NCBI GenBank assembly: GCA_044892525.1
Contig: CM097886.1
Coordinates: 161,076,001-161,140,000 of the forward strand
DNA length: 64,000 nt
From: Schmidtea polychroa
Lineage: Eukaryota
Direction of reading: 5' to 3'
Shown here: positions 47,349-59,169 of the stretch, piece by piece
Layout: each line of letters begins with the position of its first letter
How positions within the stretch are numbered: the stretch's first letter is position 1
The notes under the pieces: generated by a model
The model's input: only the letters and a program-made list of their open reading frames with translations
Databases searched by the model: none
Told to the model about the DNA's origin: nothing
Made by a program: the position numbers and the translations under genes

Positions 47349-48047
47349 ATGAAAATCGAGGAAATGATAGAAATTATGAGCGACGTAGAAGAGGGAGAGA
47401 TTGAGGCAGAAACAACAGAAACACAAACGCTAAAGGCCGAGTTACGGGAAGAGAAATACGAAAACGGGAGATTAATAAACAAATACCTGGAGGACCGGAA
47501 AATGATAAAGGTGTTAAAGAAAGAGTGCGAAGCGTTGGGGGAAATAAAAAGAGAAACGGAAGAGGAAAATGAATGGCTACACGAACAAAGGAAGCGAGGG
47601 AAAAACTGGGAAAAGATAGCGGAAGAACTATGGAAAGAGAGGGCAAGCTTCAAAGCAAAGGAGGTAATCCAAGACTACTGGAAAACTGAGGCGAAGGAGC
47701 GCCAAACAGCTATAAATAAATTAAAACGACAACTAGAAGAAAACCAACGGGAAAGTAAAGAAATGAGGAAGTGGGTCCGCAAATATAGAGAAATAGAAAG
47801 AAAACATCAACAACAAAATTACCTGCAAGAAAACGAACAAGATCTCCTACAAATCGAGCTAAAAAGAAACCTTGAAAAGAAAAGGGAAGAAATTAGACGC
47901 TTGGAAAAGGAAATTAGACATCTAAAGAGAGAAGCCCGTGAAAAAGACCGACAATTGGAAATGCTGCCCGAGTTAAGACACAGGGTAATTAAAGCAGAGT
48001 CCACCTTGATGAGAATCGGCGAAAATAATCCAAATCAGAACCATTAA
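47349..48047 (+). CDS. Accessory ORF, 232-aa coiled-coil protein
   Basis: ATG-initiated, almost entirely heptad/charged. Confidence 0.75.
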   Translation: MKIEEMIEIMSDVEEGEIEAETTETQTLKAELREEKYENGRLINKYLEDRKMIKVLKKECEALGEIKRETEEENEWLHEQRKRGKNWEKIAEELWKERASFKAKEVIQDYWKTEAKERQTAINKLKRQLEENQRESKEMRKWVRKYREIERKHQQQNYLQENEQDLLQIELKRNLEKKREEIRRLEKEIRHLKREAREKDRQLEMLPELRHRVIKAESTLMRIGENNPNQNH

Positions 48048-48102
48048 ATTAAGGGTCATTAAAACCAATTGTAAATAAACATAATGAATGTATAATAGTA
48101 TC

Positions 48103-48744
48103 ATGCGAGGCGAGATGATGATAACAATGATGGTATTGATGATTCTGATGGAGAGCAAACAAATAGACGCCCAACCGAAAATCGTACGAGATTACCGAAA
48201 TCAAAATCAAGAACCTAAACAAGAATCCAGTCAATGCACATACCCGATGACCGTAAAAACCCATATCATCCAAACCATTCAATCAACCCGATCACACATC
48301 AACAACATCCAAACAATGTGTAAAAAGAATCCCATTTGTAAAATGATAAACAAACAAATCCTCGAACAAATTCAACAATTCGACCAGTTGGAACAACAAA
48401 TGCAACAAGAGAATTTTGGAAATCTGGTAGAAAAGCCAAAAATACCTCCCGAAATCAATGACACCCATTATCTCATATATGTGGTGATCGCAGAAACCCT
48501 CCTCCTATGTCTACCAATATTCATGAAAATTTACGAAGTTCGAAATAGATGTAGAGTCTCGACATCAATAAGAGTAACCTCGAACCAAAATCCTCAAGAA
48601 GTGCCCCTGACAAATCTTAACCGACCTCGAACCCCGAGTAATCAACCAATCCAGCCGAAATCTAATAGTCAGACCTATCTCAACATCAATACCCAAACCA
48701 ACCAACAGCCGCCAGCAGAAGCATCAATGGTTGACAGTTCATAA
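48103..48744 (+). CDS. Accessory ORF, small type-I membrane protein (signal peptide plus TM)
   Basis: MMITMMVLMILMESKQIDAQ signal-like; TM YLIYVVIAETLLLCLPIFM; P/Q/N-rich tail. The start could be 48088 or 48103. Confidence 0.7.
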   Translation: MRGEMMITMMVLMILMESKQIDAQPKIVRDYRNQNQEPKQESSQCTYPMTVKTHIIQTIQSTRSHINNIQTMCKKNPICKMINKQILEQIQQFDQLEQQMQQENFGNLVEKPKIPPEINDTHYLIYVVIAETLLLCLPIFMKIYEVRNRCRVSTSIRVTSNQNPQEVPLTNLNRPRTPSNQPIQPKSNSQTYLNINTQTNQQPPAEASMVDSS

Positions 48745-48969
48745 ACTCTAATTCAAACATTTGTGTTATTATATGTGGAAACTTTTATTGTATGTACAAA
48801 CTATCACCTTAAGTGATACTTGCTTGGTCTTGCTTTGACCTTGATCTTACAATAAAATTTTTATCATTGTTGTATAATTTTCCGTGTTCGTGTTATATTT
48901 TTTTTGAATGAATGAATTAAGTTAATTATGCAATTGCGGGACGCAATTTTGATGGGTCCCCGAGTGATT

Positions 48970-51900
48970 TGTTGGGCTGAGTCGAAAATTTAATCGTTGA
49001 AAAATAAGAAAGTAGGGAAGTAGAACATTAAGAAAAATAAAAATAAAATAAATAAAATCAGAAATAAAATAGAATAAGGTATAAGGAAAATAATAATTAA
49101 GACATAAGAATTAAAACAAAAAATAAAATTAAGAAAAGATTAAAATAGAACAAGTTGACAAATAAATAAAGAGGAATTCAAGAAATAATAAGGAAATTAA
49201 GGAAATAAATAGAAAAACATATTAAAAATAAAGAAAATAAGGAGAAAACAACCTAAAAACAAGAAAATTATATTAAATTAATAGAAATAAGCGGTACTCA
49301 ACTCTGATTGGTCCGCACGAATAAGAATTTGATATATATACAACTACCAAAAACATTAAATTTACTGTTAACCCCGAGCATTTCATAGGTAAGAAAAATG
49401 TTTACTGTTTTTACTGTTAACCCCGAGCATTTCATAGACATCTACAACTCACGGAGACTTATTTCAAGGATCAGCAATACCAGTAGAGCAACAGTTAATT
49501 CGAAAAACTTCACAGCAATTCGAACTCAGTCACAGCAATCGACATTCGACGAACTATCATCAGACTAATTTGGAACGACTAACGTTAATTTTCCGATTCA
49601 GCCTAATTCCATAGTAAGGGATTTTTATTTATGATATTGTTTTTCGAAGTTAATAGTAAATATGTATATTTAATGAGCAATTAAACTTTTAAATTTAACC
49701 AGACTCTCTTTTCATTTGATCCTGAATAACGATTTTGATAAAGTAAATAATTTAAATGTTTAAAAGTATTTATTGGTAACAGGTGAACTCTTACATAATT
49801 TTTATGGATATTTATTTTGAAGTGGTAGTTTTATGATTTCTAATATTAACGAGAAACGTGGCGTTGAGATACTCCATGTCATGGTGTGAGGTGCCTTCGG
49901 GAGCTCAGCCGGTGGACATGGAGTATTTCAATCACGCAGCTAGATTGGGCCGAAATGTGAAGGCTTCTTCACGGGTCCAATTGCTGAAGGACTTAAAATC
50001 TGTCAGAGTACCGAAATATAGACCGAAAGGAAACCTTCTGAAATTTTCGAAAATAGGATATGTGCTTCACAGCGACTGAGGGAGTTCTCATATTAACTCT
50101 GTATTGTCCAGAGTCGTCTTACAAGACATTCATGCCACTTCTGTCTATAAATCCGAACTTACCATGTGGGGGAAAATACCATTAAACATCCATCGCTGGT
50201 TTTCTAACATATCGAGAAGTTGAAATTGCATTCGGTAGATTTTTGAAAAAGTAACTCTAATTTAGGTCATCTCTTTCAGATGCGACATCCAAATCCTAGC
50301 ATATGATGAGGAATTTACAATAAGGGAAAAATAAAACATAAAACCACAATAATACTGTATTCAATCACATATATTAACAAAATCTGGTAATACCCATCGA
50401 ATAATGTTCATGCTATTGCGTCGAAATATCCACTACTGAAATATGCTTCATAGAGTCTAGTTGGCTGGTTCGTAGAGATCTCCCATCGTTCAAAAACATC
50501 CAATATTGAGGAAATTACGAGTCGTAGTAAATAAATCCAACATCATAAGCTCAGATGGGAATCGACACGCGATGTAACATTTGCAGTTCGCTCAGTACGG
50601 TTGATAGTTACAGATAAAATTTCCATCGAACAGGCACCCATACATACAGACATACTGCTAACATAACTATGAGTAGCGTCATCCGGTCAGAAATATGCAT
50701 GAGAAACAGCAGAATCATTCCGAATGCCTCTCACCGCAGGGAATGCCGCCATGTGTCACCCTCTCTAGTGTGTGAGTAGTAATCAGTAGTCATATTAGAT
50801 AATGCTGACATGAGATGTGACTTCCAGATGACTGACTCTTAAATTTCACTACTGATAAAGGTCATTCGTACCACTAAAAAGATAAGCCAAAATAACCAGT
50901 AACCGACTACTAAGATAAGAGACTCTCTAAAGTGCACTCATTAAAGATAATTTTGCTTAAATTAAATATTCTAAATAAAAATCGAAATTGTTGAAGGGGT
51001 ATTTTAATTAATAACCGAAAATTCAAACCAAACTTTATAACTAAACCATAGGAAGTTTCACCTAAGTGTTGTAGAGGTTTATCGTAATTCTGATTAGATG
51101 TTACAAATAATAGTAGTAGCCTTTGAGCCAAATTTAAATTAACTAAAGCATCCACAGGAATTTTTGGGTTATAAAATAGCTAGTAATATTGTATTTAAAT
51201 TTCTCATATTCCATGTAAACTACGTATCGCAATAGAAAACTAAATCCGATAACAAATTATTATGTAATTACAATGTTTTTACGATGCCATATTTCTACGA
51301 CGATATCACCGTATGGTATGGATAAGGGGTGATCATAAAATAGTGACGTATAGTTTATACGAAATTACGAGTTGTTACTTATTCCGCTACTTGAGGTAAG
51401 GGTGCAAGTTTTTACTAGTTGCATTTGGTCCAAAAACCTTATTTTGCATTAGAATAACAACAAATAATCAGCGAAATTTAAACGAAGTGTAGTATAGTGT
51501 ATTTGTAATGAAATAGGTTTATTCACTCCGGCATGAACAAATCCGTAAATTGCCTTTATGTGCGATAGATAGAAATCCAACTCGAACGCGATAGACGAAA
51601 ATTAAAATTTTTACAAATAATTTGCATTCGTCAGGGAAGCAATCAGGGCGTTGAGGAATAATTTTTGTAAAGGATACGTAAAATATTAGTAATCAGGGGT
51701 GAAGGGAGGGATCCTGTTTCATCGACTCGTCTTGTTTTCTTCCAGCACTAAGTATCCAATAGCGAATAAACCGTATATCTGATCCGAAATTTTTGGATAT
51801 AGTCATCATAGTTTTCTTCTTTAGCCATCCATATGTTATCAAACCACAAATCAGCTCTACGTCCCTGCTTCTCCTGCTCAGATAAAAATGCAGTGATTAA

Positions 51901-53119
51901 AGATCTTCAGGCCCAGATCGGTCGATATAAACGAAAAATCGACGAACTGGAAGGGACATGGTTTAGTCCCGCTCGGATGAAGGAGATCCAAAAGAAGCTC
52001 GATCGTAGCGAGCATTGCCGGGACGCGCTAATATCTGAGAGCCGTGCCCAAAGAAGTCTAATCAGAGAACAATCCGAGGCACTGCATAAGGTTTACGTGC
52101 AGGCGGCTACAACCCGAAAAATAGTGCAGGTTCCCATCCGAGAGGCCGATGACATCTTTCCGCCTCATCACAACCTTTCCTCGAATCCATCTCCACCGTT
52201 CAAGAGACCGTGCCAAGACTGCGTCGAAAACGAATTGTCCCCCAAGCGACCAGATGTTGTCGTCACGGGTACCAGTAAGCCCCCCACTGCTAGTCCATCT
52301 GTATCAGTCACCCTTCTGCAAGTGGCATCTTCAAGCAAACCCAAGCGCAAACAACTCTCTCGTGCAGAGCGCAAGAAGAGACAGCGCGAACGCGCCACTA
52401 CAAAGCCAAACATCCCATCAATAGAGGATTCAACCAACGGTGGCAACTCTCACGTGTCCATCGACCTAACAACGGGACCCTCAGCACGAATCATATCAGC
52501 CGCTGGCGTAACGTGGGAAGAGAACGCTTCCGAGTTTTTTAACCTCGACGAATTATTCGCCGACGCTGAATGGGAGAAACAATAGAACCCCAGTGGCGGT
52601 CAGGACGAAGAACAAGGATCCGATCTATGTTGATTATGATGTTTTCTCTTCTTTCGACAAACATTAGTAAAGTGTACAGCTGAATCCTTGTGTCATAACG
52701 TTGAAATTAATAAATCTTGTTGTCTTACACGTTTTCGTTCATGAATAATTAGACTTTAATTAAGTGGGTTGAGTAGAGAACCCGCAAGATCTAGTGAGAA
52801 ATTCCCAATTTGCATTCAGCGAATCCTGATAAGTGGTTGTGTAAGGAAATGGACGTAAGCCCTTCTATCGGCAGTCGTGAATGGGAAGTCGAGGCCTCAG
52901 CAAGGAGTAGTTTTAAGGCAGAAGCTCACCTGCTTGCTGGTGTCTCGCCTGCATAGTGCAGTACCAACGTGAAGTGATTCACGGGCACTATGTTGGAAGA
53001 AAGTTATGTGGGGTTTCACTCCAGGTTGACAAATCGGTGGCGCCTTTTATTCGAGATGGACAATCAACCCTTAGACCCGTCAATATGGTAGAGCGGTCAG
53101 CCGAGGTGTAACCCCAACA
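48970..53119 (+). repeat. 3' LTR (4,150 bp)
   Basis: Same termini as the 5' LTR; LTR ORFs recur at +26,066 (23792/49858, 24844/50910, 25767/51833). Confidence 0.97.
51833..52585 (+). CDS. LTR-encoded 250-aa protein (3' LTR copy)
   Basis: Same protein as 25767-26519; one synonymous difference seen (25994 G vs 52060 A). Confidence 0.7.
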   Translation: MLSNHKSALRPCFSCSDKNAVIKDLQAQIGRYKRKIDELEGTWFSPARMKEIQKKLDRSEHCRDALISESRAQRSLIREQSEALHKVYVQAATTRKIVQVPIREADDIFPPHHNLSSNPSPPFKRPCQDCVENELSPKRPDVVVTGTSKPPTASPSVSVTLLQVASSSKPKRKQLSRAERKKRQRERATTKPNIPSIEDSTNGGNSHVSIDLTTGPSARIISAAGVTWEENASEFFNLDELFADAEWEKQ

Positions 53120-54098
53120 ATTCATAGCTTTGATTTATTTATTTATGCATATTGGAGACAACCCACACTATTTTTATCTTTGGACAATCAGGCGAATATT
53201 GAATCTCATTGAACAAAACATAAAGTGGAGGGTTCGATTGATGGGGTCACCAACTAGTCCACGTAGAGACGCACTAGGGAAGTTCTTCGAGCCATATCAC
53301 ATTCTGGACTGACAGACAGGTCTCCTCCTGGAGCTCATTGTTGGTCAATAGGTTGTGTTTTTTGGAATCCGGCATAGCCCGGTGACCCGTCTGGTAGAAA
53401 ACTACTTTTGGTTCAATAGGTCAAGCCAGCATAGGAAACCCTGCGTAAACCCATTCAAAATGACCGTGTTGCGAGCGTGATAGGTGTTTTGAGACATAAG
53501 TTAGATTAAAATTACCAGGGCCAAGACTTGGGGATTATCAAAAGAATAAGGACAGATTTCAGTAAGACTTTAGAGTACGGGACAATGTCTAAATTTGTTA
53601 TCGACGAAGTTCTGAACACTACACAATTTAAGGATGTTCTGAGATACGAATATCTCATTTTTTAACACTAATTGATATTATAGAACATAAAATTAGGGTT
53701 GCGAAGAAAATTCCCAGTTGAACAATTTCACAAAATAGTCACCGTAGCGCGACGTCATTGTTTGGTTATTGAGTTGGTGATAAATTTAAATGTTTACTCT
53801 GACTCCAAGCGTGTCTTTGATCGATTCACAAATAACACTTGACAACAGAAATTTCTATTGATAATCACAAATAAACTTTCACTTTACACTGACAATCAAT
53901 TCAACAGTCTGCTTGGTGACTATACAATGCTTATTACAACACTCAGTGAGGAATAGCACTTGCGTATAACACCGGATTAAAAGATCACAAATTACTGATT
54001 GGTTTATTGGTCTTCACAATTATTTTTACAATTCTTTTTCACAATCGTTTCTCCAACAACGTTTCGTCCGACGTTGTCTAATTTTTCTTCAATAATTT

Positions 54099-54194
54099 TA
54101 TCTCCCAAATTTGTCTCTATACTTGTCTCTCAAATTGTCTCTCAAATTGTCTCTCAAATCGTCTCTCAAATTGTCTCTCAAATCGTCTCCCAAT
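54099..54194. repeat. 12-bp tandem repeat (ttgtctctcaaa), ~8 copies
   Basis: Direct reading; the minus strand gives degenerate (LRDN)n. Confidence 0.9.
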
Positions 54195-55401
54195 TTTTCC
54201 GAATTTGTGTCCACCAGTTTTCCTTTATATAGTTATTTTATTTGTGGCACTGGAGACAGATTCTGTTTTCCCATTTCCATTTTCTTCTGTGTTCTCCACT
54301 ACGTCAGCCTTATCGCTGACAGATGTCGAGATATTTTTCCTTTCACCTTTTTTGTTAAGCCGCCTTCTCCCGGCAATTCCGCTATCTTTGAAAAGCTGCC
54401 AAGATACGGATTTTTCCTATTTTTTGTTTTTCTGGAATTTGAAATTCCACCTTCATTTGTACTTCTTAATTAATAATGACCTTTGTTTTAATTTCTTCTT
54501 TGTTTTGTTGTCTTTGATTTATCTTTCTTATTTTTAATTTCTTTTTACTTTCGTTTTCTTTTCTGAGTTCACATAGATCCATAATGCATTTAAGGGGTAA
54601 AATCTCTAATTGCCATATATTTAGATTAATTGTCAAATTGTCAAACGAATCTCTGGTGACAGAAATGAAAAAAAAGCACTGCCAATCCCCATGTATAATA
54701 TATTTTTCTAAGTTTAGAAACTAGTTATTCCAATGTGTAACATACAGTACGTCACTACATGTCAGCACCATGGGTTATAAGAGTGATTATGGCATTATGT
54801 AAATCAAATTTGGTTTCTTCAAGTACTGGACGGCCAGTTCTATCTTATGAAAATTTCTTTTTACTTTCTTCTGTTGCTTGCGGTTATCATCTGTTGTCTA
54901 CACATGTTCTCTCAGATCATGGAGTTTCAAAATGAGACTATTTTTGCTTTTCAATTTTCATACTCAAATAGTTTTATGCATGTTTTACTATTTCTTTTTT
55001 CTTTGTTCATAATAACGTCAGTTGTTTTGAACTGATTTACCTCTTCCACAACTGTGGTGGAGTCTATTTTCCATCAAATCATAAAAAATGACTTCATAAT
55101 AGAAATTCATGAAGTACTCCATTATTCTGGAATTAACCGAATTACAAACCATTTAAAATGTTATTATTATTTTATGTTAGTATTGCCAAAGTCCTTGTTT
55201 TCATTGTTTTTCTTTGAGTAGTCATTCTGTATTTTGCAATGTTTGCATGTTTCTAAGTATTTTAACAAGTATCACAACTAATATTTACAAGACGTTGTCA
55301 TTGGAATTTATTTGTTGACGCTTCCAATAGTGAATAAATATATGATATGAAATAATGAAATGCTTTTATTTTTGTTAAAATTGAATAAAATTAATTTTCT
55401 T

Positions 55402-55403
<2 letters not shown>

Positions 55404-55459
<56 letters not shown>
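55404..55459. repeat. (AT)n microsatellite
   Basis: Direct reading; abuts the Tigger terminal repeat. Confidence 0.97.
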
Positions 55460-55460
<1 letters not shown>

Positions 55461-55462
<2 letters not shown>

Positions 55463-57200
55463 GTCAACCCTCATTAATCCGAAAAATTAGAAATCGATTT
55501 TCTTTCGGATTGTGAATTAATTCGGATAATGAAAGAAATTAAAATCTACATGATCGCCAGATTAATGATGAAATTATTAAGAAAAAGACAATTATTTATT
55601 TACAAAAATCATCTAAAGTTCTTTTGAATGAATTTCTGTAAATCATCTTTGACTTCTTTTAAATTTTTTACTGTATCATTGGTTATTTTTTGAGTAGAAG
55701 AATTTGCTTTGATGACAATTTTAATTGCATGCAAAAATTGCTTGGACTTATGTTGTAACTGTCGTCGACCTGGCCATCTTCAGCACTAAGTACAACATCT
55801 ATAATAGTGTATTCTTCTTGACATAGTTCTATGATTTCATCATCATTATTGACTTCTTCTGTTTGAATCAAATCCTCTTTAATCATTATTTGGTCAAACT
55901 CATTCTTGTGTGTCTCAAGAACCGGATCTGATGACAAGTTTTCTTCAGCATAAGATCCGCGAAGACCTGGAATAATCGCAACCGTTTTCAAACAATTTTT
56001 GAAACAATTTCTTTCACATATTCCCAAGCTTCATGGAGTATCAATATAGTTTTCTTAGGATTAACAACAAAGGCTTTTGTTTGATCAAGCGAGTTCATGT
56101 AATTAACTACTAACTTTATTTTGTAATAATGCTTTAAATTTTTTATTATACCTACATCCATGTGTTGAAGATGACCAGTTGAGTTCTTCAATGTTCTGAA
56201 AACCTTTCTTAAAGCTATGACTTGGAGCATTATCAAGAAGATAAAATTTCTTTTTGTATTTTCTCAGTTTATCATGAAGATGCTGCATAAAAAATTATAG
56301 AAATCGGTGGTCATCCATGCGTGGTAATTATAGTATCTTGCAACATTAAATTCTTTAAAACATCTTGGGTTCTTACTATGTTCAATAAAAAAAGGTGTAA
56401 TTTTAATTAATCCTTTAGCATTTGAACATAAAGCTATGGTTATTCTAACTTTAGATTGTTTTATGCCTTTTCTTTCACTTGATGAAATCTTTCTTGTTGG
56501 AAATGCTTGAAAGTTTCATTGTCCAGTTTCATCCACATTGGGTATAACTTTTGGGTCAATTCCTGCCAACTTTTCAACCTTTTTTATCTATGGGCTGAAA
56601 CATCAACATCATTTATTGAATTTGCTTCTTCATGGATAACTTTCAATTTCAGATTAAATCGATTTTTGAATCTATAGAGTCATCCTTTAATGAATTATAG
56701 GTCATCAATATTTAGTTTTTCTCCAAATTCCTTTGCTTCTGTAATGATAATTTTATCAGTCACGTAATCATTTATCACATCCATTTGAGATATCCATTCG
56801 ATCAATGAATTCTCAATCTGAGAATGAATTTTCGAAGATTGTCTGGAGTAAGTGTTTGAGGTTTCACAATTTTCACATCTCTTTATTTTTCTAAATTTCT
56901 GATAACTTAAAAATTCCAAGGTCCAGGTTTAATTCTATTCTGATAATTTGAGACAATTCACTCAGCAACATTTTTTTCGACTCCTTTATTGTACAAATTT
57001 TTGCCTTTTGATGAATTGAAATTTCTGTTCTTTTTCTAGCCATATGGATATTTAATTTAAATAAATAAAAATTGTAAACAAGCTTAATATTTAAACAACA
57101 TTAATCGGAAACTTTTAAAAATTATTAGAAATTTAATTCAAAAAATACATTTCCGATTGCGTATCATGAAGTTTCGGATTGATGAATCAAATTTGTCTGG
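55461..57200 (-). mobile_element. Degenerate Tigger/pogo (TIGD-like) DNA transposon
   Basis: Terminus cagtcaaccctcattaatccg after the TA run; fragments ISIHQKAKI, IENSLIEWI..TDKIIITEAKEFG, GWLYRFK, NVDETG, LLDNAPSHS, LQHMDVGIIKNLKHYY, broken by frameshifts. Confidence 0.88.
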
Positions 57201-58152
57201 AAACGTTCAAAAATTGACGAAATAAATAAATTCAGAATATCAAACCATATATACTTTCTGAAGTAATGAAAAATTTTTGTGGCCTTTTGCAGAATTGGGG
57301 AGGGGTAGGAGGTACATCGGGTGGTTGTGTTGCAGATGGTCATTATCTACCTACTATCATGATAATCTAACTCAAATATTCACTACGTAAATTTTTATTT
57401 AGACTCGACAATTATTTAATAGAAATAAATTATTTAAAGATATATTTGTAGTGCCTCTGACAAGCACTTTTATCAATTTAATAATTGAACTAAAAATATA
57501 TTATTAAATTAATTAAATTAAAATTAAATTAGAGACGATTATTTAAATAATCCGGTCTTTTTCCGAAAAAATCATCAAATTCAATTTGAAAAGAAACAAT
57601 CAAATCGAGTCAAAATCAATAAATCAAATATGCCAGAAATTCAACAGAAACATTCGTCTTATTAGCAATGATCTCTCTGATGATGGTTAAGATCTTCAAC
57701 AATTTCCATACAATCTCCAGATCAAGTGTTCGTGCTTTCGTCGGTATATTGGTTATTGGAGAAGATGACAATTATTTATTGCAATGTTAATTTGAATAAA
57801 TTCTTTATTCGAATTAATTGTATGTCTACAATATTATTCAAAAAATTATCAGAAAAATAATCACTATACATACACAATCACATTCATGCACAGCCAAACC
57901 AGGAATCAAAATTCAAGTCATCACAAAGTTCCAGAAAAAAAACTTAAAAATAGATATACACATAAACAACTCAACTACTCACGTCTGCAAAAAGGCAAAT
58001 GAAGTATGTGTGCACAAAAAGACGCGATTAGTCAGAATTAACCAATTACAATAAAGAAAAAGGCCTAATTATTAATTTCTTTCATAAACTTTGATTGGAT
58101 GTAAAACGAAATATATGAAATTTATAATAAAATTCTTTTAATTGAAGAAATT

Positions 58153-58956
58153 ATGAAAAGAATTTTGATTTTGTATTTAATAGGTAATTTTTGCTTTGCT
58201 AAATCTTCAGAAATCTTTACCTGTGTAATGAATGCTTTTCAAGGTAGAAGTAATTATTTTATAATTTATAATAGCTCATGCTTCGACATTACCCATTATT
58301 CATTGATTGATAGTGGTGAAATTAGACAAATTCAATATACAAAATTATCTCAAATAACATTATGGAGGATCATTTCCGGAAGTCGAATCAACAGTTATTC
58401 CTACTTGACATCGGCTGGGAATTATTCATTTTCGATTTATGATTATGTAAAGCTCCAAAACACAAATTTCAAAAGCAAGTTATTAGCCAAATGGGGTACA
58501 ATAAAGCCTACGATGATGAATATTACACTGAGAGATAAAAATGGTTTGGTATTAGCATCACTTCTTTTTCAGGTAAACAACACGGATAATATCGAGTCAT
58601 GGTTCAATCAAAATAATTTGAAAAAAGCTTACCCATGGAAAGTGGAAAATATATTATTGTTTAAGTTCGATTATTTTAGTATTGAAGGCAATATATTTGC
58701 GAAATCTATCTGGCGTTCATTTAACATCAATACATTTGTAGTAGAAAAAGGTTGTTCAGGAGATATGGGCGTTTTGTCTGTATTTGAATTAGTACCCGAT
58801 AAATGTCCATATGTATCCGGACAAAATGAACCGATAATCGCCTATTCAGTGGATGGTGACAATATTGGATTCTGGTATCAGGCTATTCAGTATGCATATT
58901 CAATGGAGTTGATCGGGATTTATGACAAAAATGTTGAATTTTATGTTGTTGTTTAA
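58153..58956 (+). CDS. Single-exon 267-aa predicted secreted protein of unknown function
   Basis: Signal peptide MKRILILYLIGNFCFA; intact ORF with 4 further Cys; SWF...L...PW...YFSIEG...RSF...GCSGDMG motif; AATAAA downstream. Confidence 0.65.
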   Translation: MKRILILYLIGNFCFAKSSEIFTCVMNAFQGRSNYFIIYNSSCFDITHYSLIDSGEIRQIQYTKLSQITLWRIISGSRINSYSYLTSAGNYSFSIYDYVKLQNTNFKSKLLAKWGTIKPTMMNITLRDKNGLVLASLLFQVNNTDNIESWFNQNNLKKAYPWKVENILLFKFDYFSIEGNIFAKSIWRSFNINTFVVEKGCSGDMGVLSVFELVPDKCPYVSGQNEPIIAYSVDGDNIGFWYQAIQYAYSMELIGIYDKNVEFYVVV

Positions 58957-59169
58957 ATTGATCAGAATTTTAAATAATAAGGTTGTTGTGAATAAACCTT
59001 TATAGTTTTTTGGAACTAAGAATAAAAAAAATATCAAAAACATATCAACTTATAATCTATTTCACATATACTTCGAGACAGCGAAATTAGGTATGTTTTA
59101 AAACGACAACACAGTGCATTTAAGGGTTAAAATCTCTAAAAATTCTTCCAAGATTTGAATAATCCTGGT

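Larger units (their letters stand above)
22904..53119 (+). mobile_element. Giant full-length Ty3/Gypsy (Metaviridae) LTR retroelement with envelope gene, 30,216 bp, Burro-like
   Basis: Two 4,150-bp direct repeats at a constant 26,066-bp offset; TGTTGGG...CCCAACA termini; ATTC TSD (22900-22903 and 53120-53123); PBS; PR-RT-RH-IN order of Ty3/Gypsy. Confidence 0.97.

Noticed and set aside
29905-48282. Dozens of 60-180-aa minus-strand and alternate-frame ORFs over the polyprotein and accessory genes
   Set aside because: Shadow ORFs of an A-rich, T-poor coding strand; F/S/L-rich low-complexity translations with no motifs.
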